From a virus (taxonomy: Duplodnaviria; Caudoviricetes), in IMG/VR virus record IMGVR_UViG_3300017764_000001: a stretch of DNA of 64,000 bases; one strand, written 5' to 3'. This document shows positions 9,719 through 21,200 of the stretch, in pieces (positions within the stretch are counted from its first letter, which is position 1; every line of letters starts with the position of its first letter). The position numbers were made by a program, and so were the translations under genes. Below the pieces are notes generated by a model. The model ran no database searches, was not told the origin of the DNA, and worked only from the letters and a program-made list of their open reading frames with translations.

Positions 9719-12700
9719 ATGTCATACGAACAGGTATTCGGACTATCATCTCAATTTAATGAAGACGTAATCTTTCTGAAAGACGTTAAGATTAATGGTC
9801 AAATATCCTTTGGGACTAACATATCATTTAATGTTCCTGTAACATTTGATGAAAATGTTTTCTTCAAGAAAAGTATTACTGTTGATGAGAACGTAAGTGT
9901 CGGTGGCATTAGTACATTTACTGGTTTGATTGATGCAAATGATAGTATAGATGTTGCCGATACACTAACTGTTAGACAAAGATTAAATGTTGGTACTTCT
10001 GGAACAGTTATAAGTGCCGATACCAATACTGAAAAAATAGGTTTTTTTAATCAAAATCCTACTCATACAAGATTTCAATTTAACTCTACCGAAAATCAAT
10101 CAGTTTTCATTGATGATCAAGGTAGAATTGGAATTGGAACAGCTTCTGTTGGTGTATATGTTGAAAGTTTAGATGATAATAATCAAGGAAAACTAAAACT
10201 TGAAATTGATGGAAGCGTTGCTATAAATCGAAACATTTATGATAGTAGTGGTGCTCCTGGACAAAATAACTTCTTTCTTTCGAGAGATGAAAATGGTATT
10301 CGATGGGTAAATATTGTTCCTAAGGATCCTGTCGGTATTTTCTTACAGGATGAAGGAGTATTTGTTCCCACAGTTGGTGTGGCACAATCATTTACAACCT
10401 TAAATTTTGTTCAACAGAATAGTGGTGGACAAGGCACCGATACAGTTATACCAACTGCGGCTAGCACTGAAACTGCCATAGGACTTTCTACTATATTCAC
10501 ACAAGATTTGTGGGGATATGTAGGATCGGGTAATAATGCCCCTGTTTATAGAATGAGTAAGGTTGGTATCAATAATGCTTCTCCAAGTGCTCAATTAGAT
10601 ATTACTGGAGATGTTCATGCAACAGGAAATGTTGATTTTGATTCTAACTTAAATGTGGATGGTGATACAACACTTGATGCAACCACCACCGATGGTCTTC
10701 TTGATATAAATGCTGGTGGTCAGGCAAATACCTTCATTGTTGAAGATCTAACAAATGATAGAGTTGTTATTGCCGGTTCTGGTGGTGAAATTGAAGATGA
10801 TGCAAATTTAACATTTGATGGATCTACTCTTGCAGTTGGTGTTGCTTTAGATGTAGATGGATTAGTTACATTTGATAATACAACACAGGCAACTAGTACC
10901 ACTGATGCAGCTGTTGAAATTGCCGGTGGTGTTGGAATTGTTAAAAAATTATTTGTCGGTAACGATACAAAAATAGAAAGTACTACAAGTTCTCCCAATA
11001 AAACATCAGGAGCATTAGTTGTTGGTGGTGGTCTTGGTCTTAACCAAAACCTTAATATGGGAGGTAATTTTGATGCTGAAGGGAGCGGAAGATTTGGTGC
11101 TTTATTGGAATTAGATGGACCGTTAAAAGATTTTAATAATAGTGTTGCTACCGGAAAAACAGATTATCGTTTATCATCAATTTATCATACTTCTGGAAGC
11201 GGAATAGGTGTTTCATGGAGACCATCAGGTGTTCAAACTAAGAAAACTATCTGGGTTTCTAAGAATGGTAGTGACTTGAATAGTGGTCTACTTGAAGGTG
11301 ATGCAAAGGCAAGTCTTGGTGGTGCTGCCGATGTGGCACAAGAAGGAGATACAATTAAAATAAGACCTGGTAAGTACCTAGAAAATAATCCTGTTGGATT
11401 AAGAACTGATGTATCAGTTACCGGAGAAGATTTGAGATTGGTAACGATAGTCCCTGAAAATAAAAATGATGATGTCATTCATGTTCGTCGTGGTTGCTTA
11501 GTCGAAAACTTAAGTTTTGCCGGTGGTGTTGTTGGAAGTGGTGTAGAAATAGGTTGTGATCGTGCAGGTGCGGTTGCATTCCCACCAACACAAACTGATA
11601 TTGATGCCGGTATATCTGTACAAGCTAGAAGTGGATTTACGGGTCTTGGACCTGCCGATGAGGGTTCTTCTGGTAGATGGAGATCTCCATATATTCGTAA
11701 CTGTACCAATTTCATGACAGGAAGTATTGGTATGAAAATTAATGGTGATCATGCTACTTCATCAGATCCGGATTCTGGATCTGATTTAAAATCTATGGTT
11801 TGTGATTCATTTACTCAATATAATGAAGCTGGTATTGGCGTATCTCTTTCTAATGATGCATATGCACAGTTAGTTTCTATCTTTACAATTAACTGTGACA
11901 TTGCGATATATGCCGAAACCGGAGGTCAGTGTGATCTTACAAACTCAAACTCCTCATTTGGTAATTTTGGATTAGTTGCAGTTGGTCTTGGTGCCACCCA
12001 GTATACAGGATTTACGTCCAATACAAACTCTTCTGGAAATATTATTACTGAAACTGCATCAGAAACTGATACTATTGTTGCTTATGGAGTGACAGATTCT
12101 GATAATGATGATCAGAGACCATTTGATGGTCAAGCTCTATATTTTAAAATCAATAATGTTGGACAACAGAATTATCCATCAATTCCGGCATTTGATCAAC
12201 TTGACGCACCAATGAAAGAGTTGAGTGCTATTAATATTATTCCAGGATCAGATGTGACAGGATATACTGCAGCAAATCCACCATCTGTTACTATTATAGA
12301 TGCAGATACTGTTAATAATCCTACCGGAGGACCTTTGGGACCAGAAGGAATTATAGCAGAAGGATCTGCGACAGTGGATCAAACTGGGACTATAACGGAA
12401 TTCAACGTAATTGCTAGTGGAAGAAATTATCTACCAACACAAAATCTTATTGTGAGTGTAGATGGTGATACTGGAATTGCAACTGCCGTTACAGAACCAA
12501 TTTTCTACACTATTTTTGAAGCAACTCCAAATACAGGGTATTATAATAAATTAACAGAAAGTGATCCCGGAATAGTTGGCATCACGACAATTACTTTTAA
12601 TGAATTTATACCTTATCCAGTATTTCCTGATGATCCATTTACTCTTCAAAGAATTAGTCGTATCCTGACCAGTTCCCATTCATTTGAATATGTCGGTACG

Positions 12701-12931
12701 GGCACGGACATAAATAGATCGACACCTCTTGTTGGTGGTGTCACTATTAAAGCGAATGAAGTTGTAGCTCGTGAAGGAGCACAAATTCCTTTCACATCTA
12801 CAGATCAAAAAGGTAATTTTGATATTGGTGAGGGTCTCCAAATTGATCAAACTACATCTACAATTCGTGGTCGAGATTTTAGTAGAGCAATTCAGGTAGA
12901 AGTTACTCCATTAATATTAGCACTGAGATAA
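9719..12931 (+). CDS. Virion structural / tail-associated protein with parallel beta-helix (pectin-lyase-like) domain
   Basis: TIWVSKNGSDLNSG..GDTIKIRPGKYLE beta-helix cap; fibre-like G/T/D-rich repeats. Confidence 0.6.
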   Translation: MSYEQVFGLSSQFNEDVIFLKDVKINGQISFGTNISFNVPVTFDENVFFKKSITVDENVSVGGISTFTGLIDANDSIDVADTLTVRQRLNVGTSGTVISADTNTEKIGFFNQNPTHTRFQFNSTENQSVFIDDQGRIGIGTASVGVYVESLDDNNQGKLKLEIDGSVAINRNIYDSSGAPGQNNFFLSRDENGIRWVNIVPKDPVGIFLQDEGVFVPTVGVAQSFTTLNFVQQNSGGQGTDTVIPTAASTETAIGLSTIFTQDLWGYVGSGNNAPVYRMSKVGINNASPSAQLDITGDVHATGNVDFDSNLNVDGDTTLDATTTDGLLDINAGGQANTFIVEDLTNDRVVIAGSGGEIEDDANLTFDGSTLAVGVALDVDGLVTFDNTTQATSTTDAAVEIAGGVGIVKKLFVGNDTKIESTTSSPNKTSGALVVGGGLGLNQNLNMGGNFDAEGSGRFGALLELDGPLKDFNNSVATGKTDYRLSSIYHTSGSGIGVSWRPSGVQTKKTIWVSKNGSDLNSGLLEGDAKASLGGAADVAQEGDTIKIRPGKYLENNPVGLRTDVSVTGEDLRLVTIVPENKNDDVIHVRRGCLVENLSFAGGVVGSGVEIGCDRAGAVAFPPTQTDIDAGISVQARSGFTGLGPADEGSSGRWRSPYIRNCTNFMTGSIGMKINGDHATSSDPDSGSDLKSMVCDSFTQYNEAGIGVSLSNDAYAQLVSIFTINCDIAIYAETGGQCDLTNSNSSFGNFGLVAVGLGATQYTGFTSNTNSSGNIITETASETDTIVAYGVTDSDNDDQRPFDGQALYFKINNVGQQNYPSIPAFDQLDAPMKELSAINIIPGSDVTGYTAANPPSVTIIDADTVNNPTGGPLGPEGIIAEGSATVDQTGTITEFNVIASGRNYLPTQNLIVSVDGDTGIATAVTEPIFYTIFEATPNTGYYNKLTESDPGIVGITTITFNEFIPYPVFPDDPFTLQRISRILTSSHSFEYVGTGTDINRSTPLVGGVTIKANEVVAREGAQIPFTSTDQKGNFDIGEGLQIDQTTSTIRGRDFSRAIQVEVTPLILALR

Positions 12932-12932
12932 T

Positions 12933-13934
12933 ATGGCAATCGCACCACTTAATAAATTTCTTACAAAAGCAGTCCCAGTCACTCCAAGTAATCAACAAGT
13001 TTATGAAACTTCGCAAGGAACAAGTGCGATTATACTTTATGCTGCAGTGGCAAATGTCGGCATTGGACAATCTTATCCATTAGTTAGTTTCAGTCATAGA
13101 AGAACGAGCAAGGCAACCGCAACCAATGGAAATATTAGAGATATAAGACTTGTCAAAGATATTGAAGTTCCACCAAATGATGCTGTTATTATTATTGATG
13201 GAAGGTTAGTATTAGAAAGAGATGCGACAAAAATAGACTCTGTTTTTGTGAGAGGATATCAGTCCGGTGTAGGAACTGTTTATAATGCTCAATATGATTA
13301 TGTAACAGGATTAACTACCATAACTACCTATGATCCTCATGGATTTAATGTGGATGATGAAATTGTATTAGATGGATTGGTATTTGATTGTCCATCTACG
13401 GGAGGTATTACAAGTTCAATTTTTCCAAATCCACAAACAACTTTTAAGGTAGAAACTGTAGGAACATCCACAATATTTACGACAAATACAGGAGTTGTGG
13501 CTAATTTACCACACACTTTTAGACCATCAGAACATCGATTTATCCGTGCTAATCCGGATCCTATTACTATCGTTTCGGGTGCAAATGTTGCGGCAGGAAC
13601 AAAAATACAGGTGATAAAAGGAACCACATATGATTCTGTTACAGGAATACTTTCAGTTACGGCATCTGCACCACACAATCTAACAACAAATGATACTATT
13701 CGATTTACCAATGATTCTTTAGTTTTTAAATGCTCTCAGGACAATTATTCAGACGAGAAAAAGTATCCGAGATCAACTGATCCTGCCAATAATTCAAATA
13801 CACTCGGTGTCACAACTTTTATAGGAATCGGAAACACTTTTACTGTAAATGTTGGAGTTCAAACTGGTGGTGGGACTGCATCACCGGTACAAATGGAACT
13901 CATTATGAGTATTCTGGAGACTAGCAAGGTATAA
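12933..13934 (+). CDS. Virion structural protein
   Basis: 333 aa; YD..TG..T.T...HG modules also present in gp7. Confidence 0.55.
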   Translation: MAIAPLNKFLTKAVPVTPSNQQVYETSQGTSAIILYAAVANVGIGQSYPLVSFSHRRTSKATATNGNIRDIRLVKDIEVPPNDAVIIIDGRLVLERDATKIDSVFVRGYQSGVGTVYNAQYDYVTGLTTITTYDPHGFNVDDEIVLDGLVFDCPSTGGITSSIFPNPQTTFKVETVGTSTIFTTNTGVVANLPHTFRPSEHRFIRANPDPITIVSGANVAAGTKIQVIKGTTYDSVTGILSVTASAPHNLTTNDTIRFTNDSLVFKCSQDNYSDEKKYPRSTDPANNSNTLGVTTFIGIGNTFTVNVGVQTGGGTASPVQMELIMSILETSKV

Positions 13935-13940
13935 TAAGTT

Positions 13941-16900
13941 ATGGCAAAGTATTTTAGTAGTTCTGTTTTAAGTGGTAAGAGAAGAAAACCACCCAGAGAC
14001 CGAATAGACGATCAGAGATACAGATATATAGGATTAGAAAATGCCGAACCAGATCTTGGTGATCCGTTAGTTGGACCATCATCCGAGGGTGTAAATCCCG
14101 TAAAATCTGGTGATCAATATATTATTGTTGCTGTCGAAGGTTTTCCTGGAGAGAGATTCTGGATTCCTAATCAGGGTGGATTAATACCAGGATCCATTAG
14201 TGTTTTTGATGAAACTAACTTAGTAGGATCATTAAGTAGTATCACACAATTAGATTTTCTTGGTGCGGGTGTTAAAGCTACTACTCAAACTGTAAAAGCA
14301 TCCACATTAAATTTGAGTGGTAATTTTAGTTTTAGTGAAAACCAAGTAATAACACAAGTTGGTAATACGGGAGTTTCTGGTATTGTAGAATTTTCAACGA
14401 CAAATGCCGGTATTGTAACTCTTACAAATGTTAATGGATCTTTCAACACTTCTGGTGCATTATTGCAAAATGGTGCTGCCACAGGAGTAACTCCATCATC
14501 AATTTCAATCTTTAATGATCCTAGTATTAGAGCACAGATAGAAGTAACACCTGAGTTTTTCTCTGAAAATAGACAATTTATTTTTAATGACAATGATGAG
14601 TTTAATGGAGCATTAAATTTAACATATAATCAGTCAAATAATTATGTTGGTGTAGGCACGACCGCCGCTACACAAATGCTTCATGTTCAGGGTAATCTCA
14701 GACTAACCGGAACAGTATATGATACTGAAAATTTACCTGGTGTTGATGGTCAACTTTTAGTAAAGGCAAATTCGGGCACAGACCCTGGATTGAAATGGAT
14801 TGATCAGGGAAGTTTATCGGTGGATGCTGCCGGGATTCGTGGTAGTGTTCAATATCATAATGCCGCCGGAAAGATAGGTGGAGCATCTAATTTTGTCTTT
14901 AATGACATAAGTGGTGTTAATAATGTCGGTATTGGAAGCACTTTACCCAAGGTTGATTTGGATGTTGTCGGTGTTGCATCAATCACTGGAAATTTAAAAG
15001 TAGGAACACTTAATGTTCAAGGTATCTCAACATATGGTGGGAACTTAGATATCAATGCAAGTGTCGATATTTCAACTAATTTAGATGTAGATGGAACCTC
15101 TACATTTAAGAATCCGGTAATTATAACTGATACTACTGAATCTAATAATACAATCACAGGTGCCTTAACAGTTGCCGGTGGTGTAGGTATTGCAAAAACT
15201 GTTCATATTGGAGAATCATTAAATCTTTTAGATAATAAAAAGATAAACATTGGTGTTGGTAGTGATTTGCAGATTTATCATGATGGAACAAATTCATATA
15301 TTGATAACAACACCGGTCATTTATACATTAGAAACAATGTAGACGATGATGATGACGGAAATATCTACATTCAGGCAAAATCTGGTGAAGATGGAATTAT
15401 TCTTAATGATGATGGAGCAATAGAACTTTATCACAACGGCGGTAACACCCCAAAATTACTGACTAACAGTGGTGGAGTTGAAGTAAACGGCACTTTAACA
15501 GCAGATACTTTTAATGGAACTGATAGTTCATTTACTGATATTACTATTACCGGAACTGCCGATATTGCTACTGCTGATGTTGAGACATTAAACATCAATA
15601 CTGGTGCCGCAATAGCAAACATTAATGAAATAAATGCAATCCATACTGATACTGATACTTTAAACGTAGGTATTGCCGCCACCATTTCTAAATTAAAGAT
15701 CGATAACATTGAAATAGATGGTAATAATATTACTGCAAAAACAGGAAATTTGGTTATAAGTGCTGATGGCACTAGTTTTGTTACTATTGATAAATTAGAA
15801 ATTACAGATATTACCGACTTTGCTGGTGCAAATGCCGCATTAATTGTTAAAGGTGGTGCTGATATTGATAAGAAGTTAAATGTTGATGGTGTTGTTACCT
15901 TCACAAAAGATACAGAATCTACCAGTCCGACTACAGGTGGTTTACAAATTACTGGTGGTGTAGGTATCGCAAAACGATTAAATGTTGCCGGTATTACCTC
16001 AATAACAAACACTACAAGTTCGACCAGTTCAATAACAGGTGCATTTAAGGTTGCTGGTGGTGTTGGTATTCTTGGTGATCTGAATATTGGTGCGGCAGTT
16101 GGATTTGGATCGACAGCATTACCTTCGGTCAATGATCATCATGATTTTGGTTCATCATCAAAAAGATGGAAAAATATTCATGCCGAAAAATTTATTGGTA
16201 CTCTTGAAGGAAGTGCAGAGAAAACTGATATAACGGCAGATAGTACGAATACAAATAGATTTATTTTCTTAAGTGATATATCTAGTGGTAGTGCAACGGC
16301 ATTTGGTGATACAGATTTAATTTACAATCCATCTGTAAATGCTCTTGGTATTGCAACTGATAGATTTGATAGTCCAATAGGTTCGGATAATACTGGAAAA
16401 ATTGCTGTTGGTATTGTAACCGCACATGAACTGTATGGTGCCTTGAAAGGTAATGCAGATACTGCGACAAAATTATTAAATGCACAAGATTTTTCTATTA
16501 GTGGAGATGGAACTGCTCCTACAATAAGTTTTGATGGAACACAAAATGTTCCTTTTGTTTTTACACTGAATACTGTCAATTCAAATGTCGGTACTTTTGG
16601 AAATAGTACAGGAACTGCATATGCAAAAGTTTCGGTTAATTCCAAAGGACTAGTTACTGCAGCAGAACATGTAGCTATTAATGGTGATGAAATAACTTCT
16701 GGTGAAGCAAAGAATGTCGCAATTACAGAACAGACAGATTCAACTGCAAAGCATTATATTCATTTTGGTGATGTCATTAATACAGATTTGGCAGATAAAA
16801 CCACATATGACAGAATTAATGTAGATAGTGCAGAACTTGTATATGTCCCTAATACTGGTGTCGGTATTGGAAGCACAGCACCAACGACAAAACTTGATGT

Positions 16901-19900
16901 TGGTGGCGAATCTAGAACCACAACATTGACAGTTACAGAAACATCTACTTTCAGTGGTGATGTTGATATCAATGCCAATGTTGACATTCAAAATGAACTA
17001 ATTGTTGATGGTGCAACAACACTCGCAAATAATGGTGGAATTACCACGACTGGTGGGGATCTTTATGTTGGTGGTGATTTATATGTTCTTGATGATATTT
17101 TCTATGATGAAATTAGTGGTAGAAATATTGTTATTACAGGTATTGCCACAATAAATCAATTAGAACTAGGACAGGCAAGTGAAACTTTAGTTGGTGTTAC
17201 TTCTATTGTTGATGAAGATAACATGATATCTGATAGTGCCACAGCACTTGCCACTCAACAATCAATTAAAAGATATATCGATGATACTAATGCCGGGCAG
17301 TTCCTGAAGTTTTCTGATGGTGTTTCTATTCCTGGTGGAGGAGGAGGATTTGGTCAAATTAATTTGGCAACAGAGGTATTTCAGGTAAAGGGAACTACAA
17401 ATGAAGTTAGGACAACTGTCATAGATGTTAATAGTGAAGGTGGAAATTTAGCTAATCAAATACAAATAGGATTGACAACTGACGTTACAATATCTGGTAA
17501 TTTTACATCCGGTACTGATGTTAATGAAGATGTTATAACTATAAATTCCAAATTTAATTCTGACCTTCTTCCAAATGGAAGTCAAGATATTGGTGCTAGC
17601 GATAATAAATGGGCAAATGTTTATGCCACAACAATTCATTTTGACACTGGTAAGGGTAATAGTGATTCTGCATCAAAATTACAAACACCCAGATTAATTA
17701 CTCTGGGTGATAATGATGATACTTATAGTGCCGGAGTTTCTGATGATATTGTTTCTATCGGAAGAACATTTGATGGATTTCAAAATGTCGGATTCGCACT
17801 GTCATTAACAGATACTGGTGTAACTGGAGGCACCTATGGAGATGCAGATACGGTTCCTAAAATTACTGTCGATGCCAGAGGTAGAATTAGTGTTGCTGAA
17901 AATATAACTATATCAAATGACAGAAATGTTTCTACGGCAAGTTCTTTAGAAACATCAAGAAACATTGCTGCGACAGGTGACATTGTATGGGATGTTGATT
18001 TTAAGGGTCATGAAAATGTAAGTTCTGGTGCGACTCTGGCAACAGTCAATACAAGCTCCGGAGTTCCACAGGCAGGAGACGATGATGAGGATGCCGGTGG
18101 ATCATTTGGTAACAGCACTACTATTCCAGTAGTCACAATTAATAAAAAAGGATTAGTTACTGCCGTAACAACAGAAAATGTCACGACCGTTCCAAATGCA
18201 GTAACTGCAAATAGATTAGCATCGGCTCAAACAATTACTTTAGGTGATGGCACAGAAGATGATATTATTTCTATCGGAAGAACATTTGACGGGTCTCAAA
18301 ATGTCGGATTCGCACTTACTTTAAAGGATGTTGGTCCTGGTGCAGGAAATTATGGTGGAGAGAATAAATTAATATCACTAGATCTTGATGCTAAAGGAAG
18401 AGTTACTGGGGTAACAAGTACAGCTATTGATTTTAGTCTTGCAACTGTTGCAACTGCAGATGCTCTAACAGTTTCAAGAAAAATTAAAGCAACGAATGAC
18501 ATCTCATGGGAAGTTGACTTTAAGGGTGATAGTGACGTTGAAGCTGAAGCAACTTTAAAGACTATTGATACATTACCCAATGACCTCACTGCAGCATTTG
18601 GTAGTGACACTCAGATTCCTAAAGTAAAACTTGATGATAAAGGTAGAGTAATTGAAATCGAAAACGTCGGAGTTGACTTTAATACTGCCACAGTTAATCA
18701 ATCAAAGAAAATAAAAGTTACAGAAAGAGATAATAATTCAAAACATTTTCTCACGTTTATTAGTAGTGACTCAGAACCTCTTCCCACTGCCTATTATGAT
18801 TTATATGGTGATGATGGACTGGAATATAATCCTTCTTCTAACTTATTGAGCGTAGGTAACCTTAGTTTATTTGGAACTAACTTAAATCCTAGTCTTTCGG
18901 TAAACGGAAATACACAATTAAATGGAAATACCACTCTTGGAGATGCTGATAGTGATACAGTAACCTTTACGGCAAAAGTCAACAGTAGTATTCTCCCATC
19001 TCATAATGCTGATTCAGATACTGATACTGATGGATTAGATATTGGTGGTGCGGACGACAACTTCCGTGTCGTTTATGCTAAAAAATTTGAAGGTGTTCTC
19101 CTTGGTAATTCAGAATCAGCTTCAAAATTAGATCCTGGTAAAAAAATAAATCTGGGTGGTGATGTAACTGCCACAATGACGGCACCTTTTACTGGTGAAT
19201 CTGATATTACTCTTAACACCACTTTGAGTAGTATATCAGGTTTGACACAAGGACCGTATCCTGGCAATCCTACTTTAGGAGATACAGGACTTGTTCCGAC
19301 ATTTACTGTTGATTCAAAAGGAAGAATAACTGTGGCAGGTAGTTATACTCCGACACTTCCTTCTAGTAATTTGCAATTAAATGGAAGAAATACAGCTATC
19401 TTATTTAATGATAATAATTCTGTCGGATATGCTGGTGGTTTTAGTGTAATAGAACGCACAAGTGGTGGATTGATTGGTACGACATTTCAAATAGATACTG
19501 TCGCTCTTACACCGATAGGGGGAGGAAATCCAGGAACTCTTCCAGCAATAAGATATCATGGGAAACTTCAAAATTCCACAGTATTAAGAATTTCTGGCAA
19601 TAACAATCATTATTATGCTGATGATGGATTTAGTATCCTCTATATGGGAGCAAGATCTGATAATGCTGCTTCTCTTTCAATTTTTTCAGATAATCAAAAT
19701 TTTGCGAGTCAAATAGAGGCAGTCAATATTCTTCAAAATGGAAATATTGGATTTGGAGTTGTTCAAACTGATGGATCTGTTGCTGAACATGCTATTCCAG
19801 ATGATGGTGGAGGTGTCATAACCGCAGGTAAAGTAAAGGCAAGAGAGATAGAAGTAACTGGTGATATTAAGGTCACAAATGTTACTGAACTTGCCGGAAT

Positions 19901-20942
19901 TGGTTTTACTAATCTATCTGATACCCCAACAACTTATAGTGAATCTAATGGATATTATGTTAAGGTAAGTGGAACTGAATTGGTATTTGATGAACTTACG
20001 GCAACTGATATTAATCAATCGAGTTTAACAAGTTTCATCAATGGTGCAAATGGATATACTGTCACACAGAATGATGTTACTCAACATCAATCAAGTCTAT
20101 CCATAGGTGGATCTCAAGTTACTAATATTCCCACTAGTAATATTACAGATTTCAATACTGATGTAAACAATTTAATTGAATCTAATACTAATATAGATGG
20201 AAATAATATTAGTAATTTAGAAACAATAATTAATAATACAGTTGAAGATACTAATACAACATACGACTTATCAGTTTTATCTGGAACAACTAAAATTAGA
20301 TTATCGGGAACTAATAGTACAAATGATGATGTCGAAATTGCTGCTGGAGGTGGAATATCTGTAACTAGAAATAATTCTGGTAAATTAACAATTACAAATA
20401 CTGATAAAGGATCTTCTGTTACGTCAGGACTTCAAAATGGCGATAACGCTCTATTTACATCAATAGAATTGAAAAGAGCCGATGGATCTTTTATTGACTG
20501 GAAAAATACTGATGGAGATAATGCTGATGATTATGATATTAGACTAGATAATTTTAGTGAATACGTTCTTAACCTTTCAGGTTATGGTGGTAATACTGCT
20601 CAATTAAAAGTAGAAGGTAATATTACCGCATTTACTTCTGACATTAGACTGAAGACAGATATAGAACCAATTAAAAATGCTCTTGAAAAAGTTCAATCAA
20701 TTCGTGGATTTACATACTCTCATAATGAAACTGCCAAAGAATTAGGATTTAAAGATGAAAGAAGATGGTCTGGTGTATCTGCACAAGAAATTGAAAAGGT
20801 ATTGCCAGAGGCAGTGTTCCCGGCTCCTGTCGATGATAAGTATTTGACGGTTCAATACGAAAAACTTGTTCCTCTCCTGATTGAAGCGATCAAGGAACTC
20901 AAGGAAGAGGTCAATGACCTGAGGTCTCAGATTGGGGGTTGA
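13941..20942 (+). CDS. Long tail fibre protein with C-terminal peptidase S74 chaperone
   Basis: 2333 aa; repeated fibre modules (GA..V.GGVGI.K, V.VD.KGR); C-terminal SDIRLKTDIEPI..GVSAQEIEKVLPEAV..VQYEKLVPLLIEAIKEL. Confidence 0.85.
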   Translation: MAKYFSSSVLSGKRRKPPRDRIDDQRYRYIGLENAEPDLGDPLVGPSSEGVNPVKSGDQYIIVAVEGFPGERFWIPNQGGLIPGSISVFDETNLVGSLSSITQLDFLGAGVKATTQTVKASTLNLSGNFSFSENQVITQVGNTGVSGIVEFSTTNAGIVTLTNVNGSFNTSGALLQNGAATGVTPSSISIFNDPSIRAQIEVTPEFFSENRQFIFNDNDEFNGALNLTYNQSNNYVGVGTTAATQMLHVQGNLRLTGTVYDTENLPGVDGQLLVKANSGTDPGLKWIDQGSLSVDAAGIRGSVQYHNAAGKIGGASNFVFNDISGVNNVGIGSTLPKVDLDVVGVASITGNLKVGTLNVQGISTYGGNLDINASVDISTNLDVDGTSTFKNPVIITDTTESNNTITGALTVAGGVGIAKTVHIGESLNLLDNKKINIGVGSDLQIYHDGTNSYIDNNTGHLYIRNNVDDDDDGNIYIQAKSGEDGIILNDDGAIELYHNGGNTPKLLTNSGGVEVNGTLTADTFNGTDSSFTDITITGTADIATADVETLNINTGAAIANINEINAIHTDTDTLNVGIAATISKLKIDNIEIDGNNITAKTGNLVISADGTSFVTIDKLEITDITDFAGANAALIVKGGADIDKKLNVDGVVTFTKDTESTSPTTGGLQITGGVGIAKRLNVAGITSITNTTSSTSSITGAFKVAGGVGILGDLNIGAAVGFGSTALPSVNDHHDFGSSSKRWKNIHAEKFIGTLEGSAEKTDITADSTNTNRFIFLSDISSGSATAFGDTDLIYNPSVNALGIATDRFDSPIGSDNTGKIAVGIVTAHELYGALKGNADTATKLLNAQDFSISGDGTAPTISFDGTQNVPFVFTLNTVNSNVGTFGNSTGTAYAKVSVNSKGLVTAAEHVAINGDEITSGEAKNVAITEQTDSTAKHYIHFGDVINTDLADKTTYDRINVDSAELVYVPNTGVGIGSTAPTTKLDVGGESRTTTLTVTETSTFSGDVDINANVDIQNELIVDGATTLANNGGITTTGGDLYVGGDLYVLDDIFYDEISGRNIVITGIATINQLELGQASETLVGVTSIVDEDNMISDSATALATQQSIKRYIDDTNAGQFLKFSDGVSIPGGGGGFGQINLATEVFQVKGTTNEVRTTVIDVNSEGGNLANQIQIGLTTDVTISGNFTSGTDVNEDVITINSKFNSDLLPNGSQDIGASDNKWANVYATTIHFDTGKGNSDSASKLQTPRLITLGDNDDTYSAGVSDDIVSIGRTFDGFQNVGFALSLTDTGVTGGTYGDADTVPKITVDARGRISVAENITISNDRNVSTASSLETSRNIAATGDIVWDVDFKGHENVSSGATLATVNTSSGVPQAGDDDEDAGGSFGNSTTIPVVTINKKGLVTAVTTENVTTVPNAVTANRLASAQTITLGDGTEDDIISIGRTFDGSQNVGFALTLKDVGPGAGNYGGENKLISLDLDAKGRVTGVTSTAIDFSLATVATADALTVSRKIKATNDISWEVDFKGDSDVEAEATLKTIDTLPNDLTAAFGSDTQIPKVKLDDKGRVIEIENVGVDFNTATVNQSKKIKVTERDNNSKHFLTFISSDSEPLPTAYYDLYGDDGLEYNPSSNLLSVGNLSLFGTNLNPSLSVNGNTQLNGNTTLGDADSDTVTFTAKVNSSILPSHNADSDTDTDGLDIGGADDNFRVVYAKKFEGVLLGNSESASKLDPGKKINLGGDVTATMTAPFTGESDITLNTTLSSISGLTQGPYPGNPTLGDTGLVPTFTVDSKGRITVAGSYTPTLPSSNLQLNGRNTAILFNDNNSVGYAGGFSVIERTSGGLIGTTFQIDTVALTPIGGGNPGTLPAIRYHGKLQNSTVLRISGNNNHYYADDGFSILYMGARSDNAASLSIFSDNQNFASQIEAVNILQNGNIGFGVVQTDGSVAEHAIPDDGGGVITAGKVKAREIEVTGDIKVTNVTELAGIGFTNLSDTPTTYSESNGYYVKVSGTELVFDELTATDINQSSLTSFINGANGYTVTQNDVTQHQSSLSIGGSQVTNIPTSNITDFNTDVNNLIESNTNIDGNNISNLETIINNTVEDTNTTYDLSVLSGTTKIRLSGTNSTNDDVEIAAGGGISVTRNNSGKLTITNTDKGSSVTSGLQNGDNALFTSIELKRADGSFIDWKNTDGDNADDYDIRLDNFSEYVLNLSGYGGNTAQLKVEGNITAFTSDIRLKTDIEPIKNALEKVQSIRGFTYSHNETAKELGFKDERRWSGVSAQEIEKVLPEAVFPAPVDDKYLTVQYEKLVPLLIEAIKELKEEVNDLRSQIGG
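17742..18316 (+). repeat. In-frame direct repeat inside tail fibre
   Basis: 59-nt copies at 17742-17800 and 18258-18316 with 4 mismatches; period 516 nt. Confidence 0.9.
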
Positions 20943-20967
20943 CACCCCTGCCTGGATGCCCTATAAT
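20939..20967 (+). promoter_or_regulatory. Consensus sigma70-type promoter for the tRNA island
   Basis: TTGACA-17 nt-TATAAT; shares ATGCCCTATAAT-N11-CAAGGG core with the early cassettes. Confidence 0.85.
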
Positions 20968-20996
20968 ATGTGGGTAATCAAGGGAACACCCCTCAC

Positions 20997-21197
20997 ATGA
21001 ACAGCACCGAAGAGTATCTGGAAAAGGTTGTCATCGACATCTGTGCCAAGTCCTTCACCCTCTACAGTGACGAAGGCAGCACTCGTATTATTGACTGCGA
21101 AACTTCCGAACAATTCATGAGTGTTTTCCTCCTTGTTCGTGATCGACTTGAAGAGGAGCAAATCAAATACACCGGAGTTTCAGTTTGTCAGGACTAA
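20997..21197 (+). CDS. Conserved cyanophage-type hypothetical protein
   Basis: MNSTEEYLEKVVIDICAKSF...; start moved from 20970 to the ATG after the AAGGG leader. Confidence 0.6.
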   Translation: MNSTEEYLEKVVIDICAKSFTLYSDEGSTRIIDCETSEQFMSVFLLVRDRLEEEQIKYTGVSVCQD

Positions 21198-21200
21198 TTT

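Noticed and set aside
15431-16132. Long antisense ORFs within fibre, gp7 and Gly-rich genes (e.g. 15431-16132; Pro-rich 31884-32369)
   Set aside because: Shadow frames of biased Gly/Thr/Val codons in bona fide structural genes.
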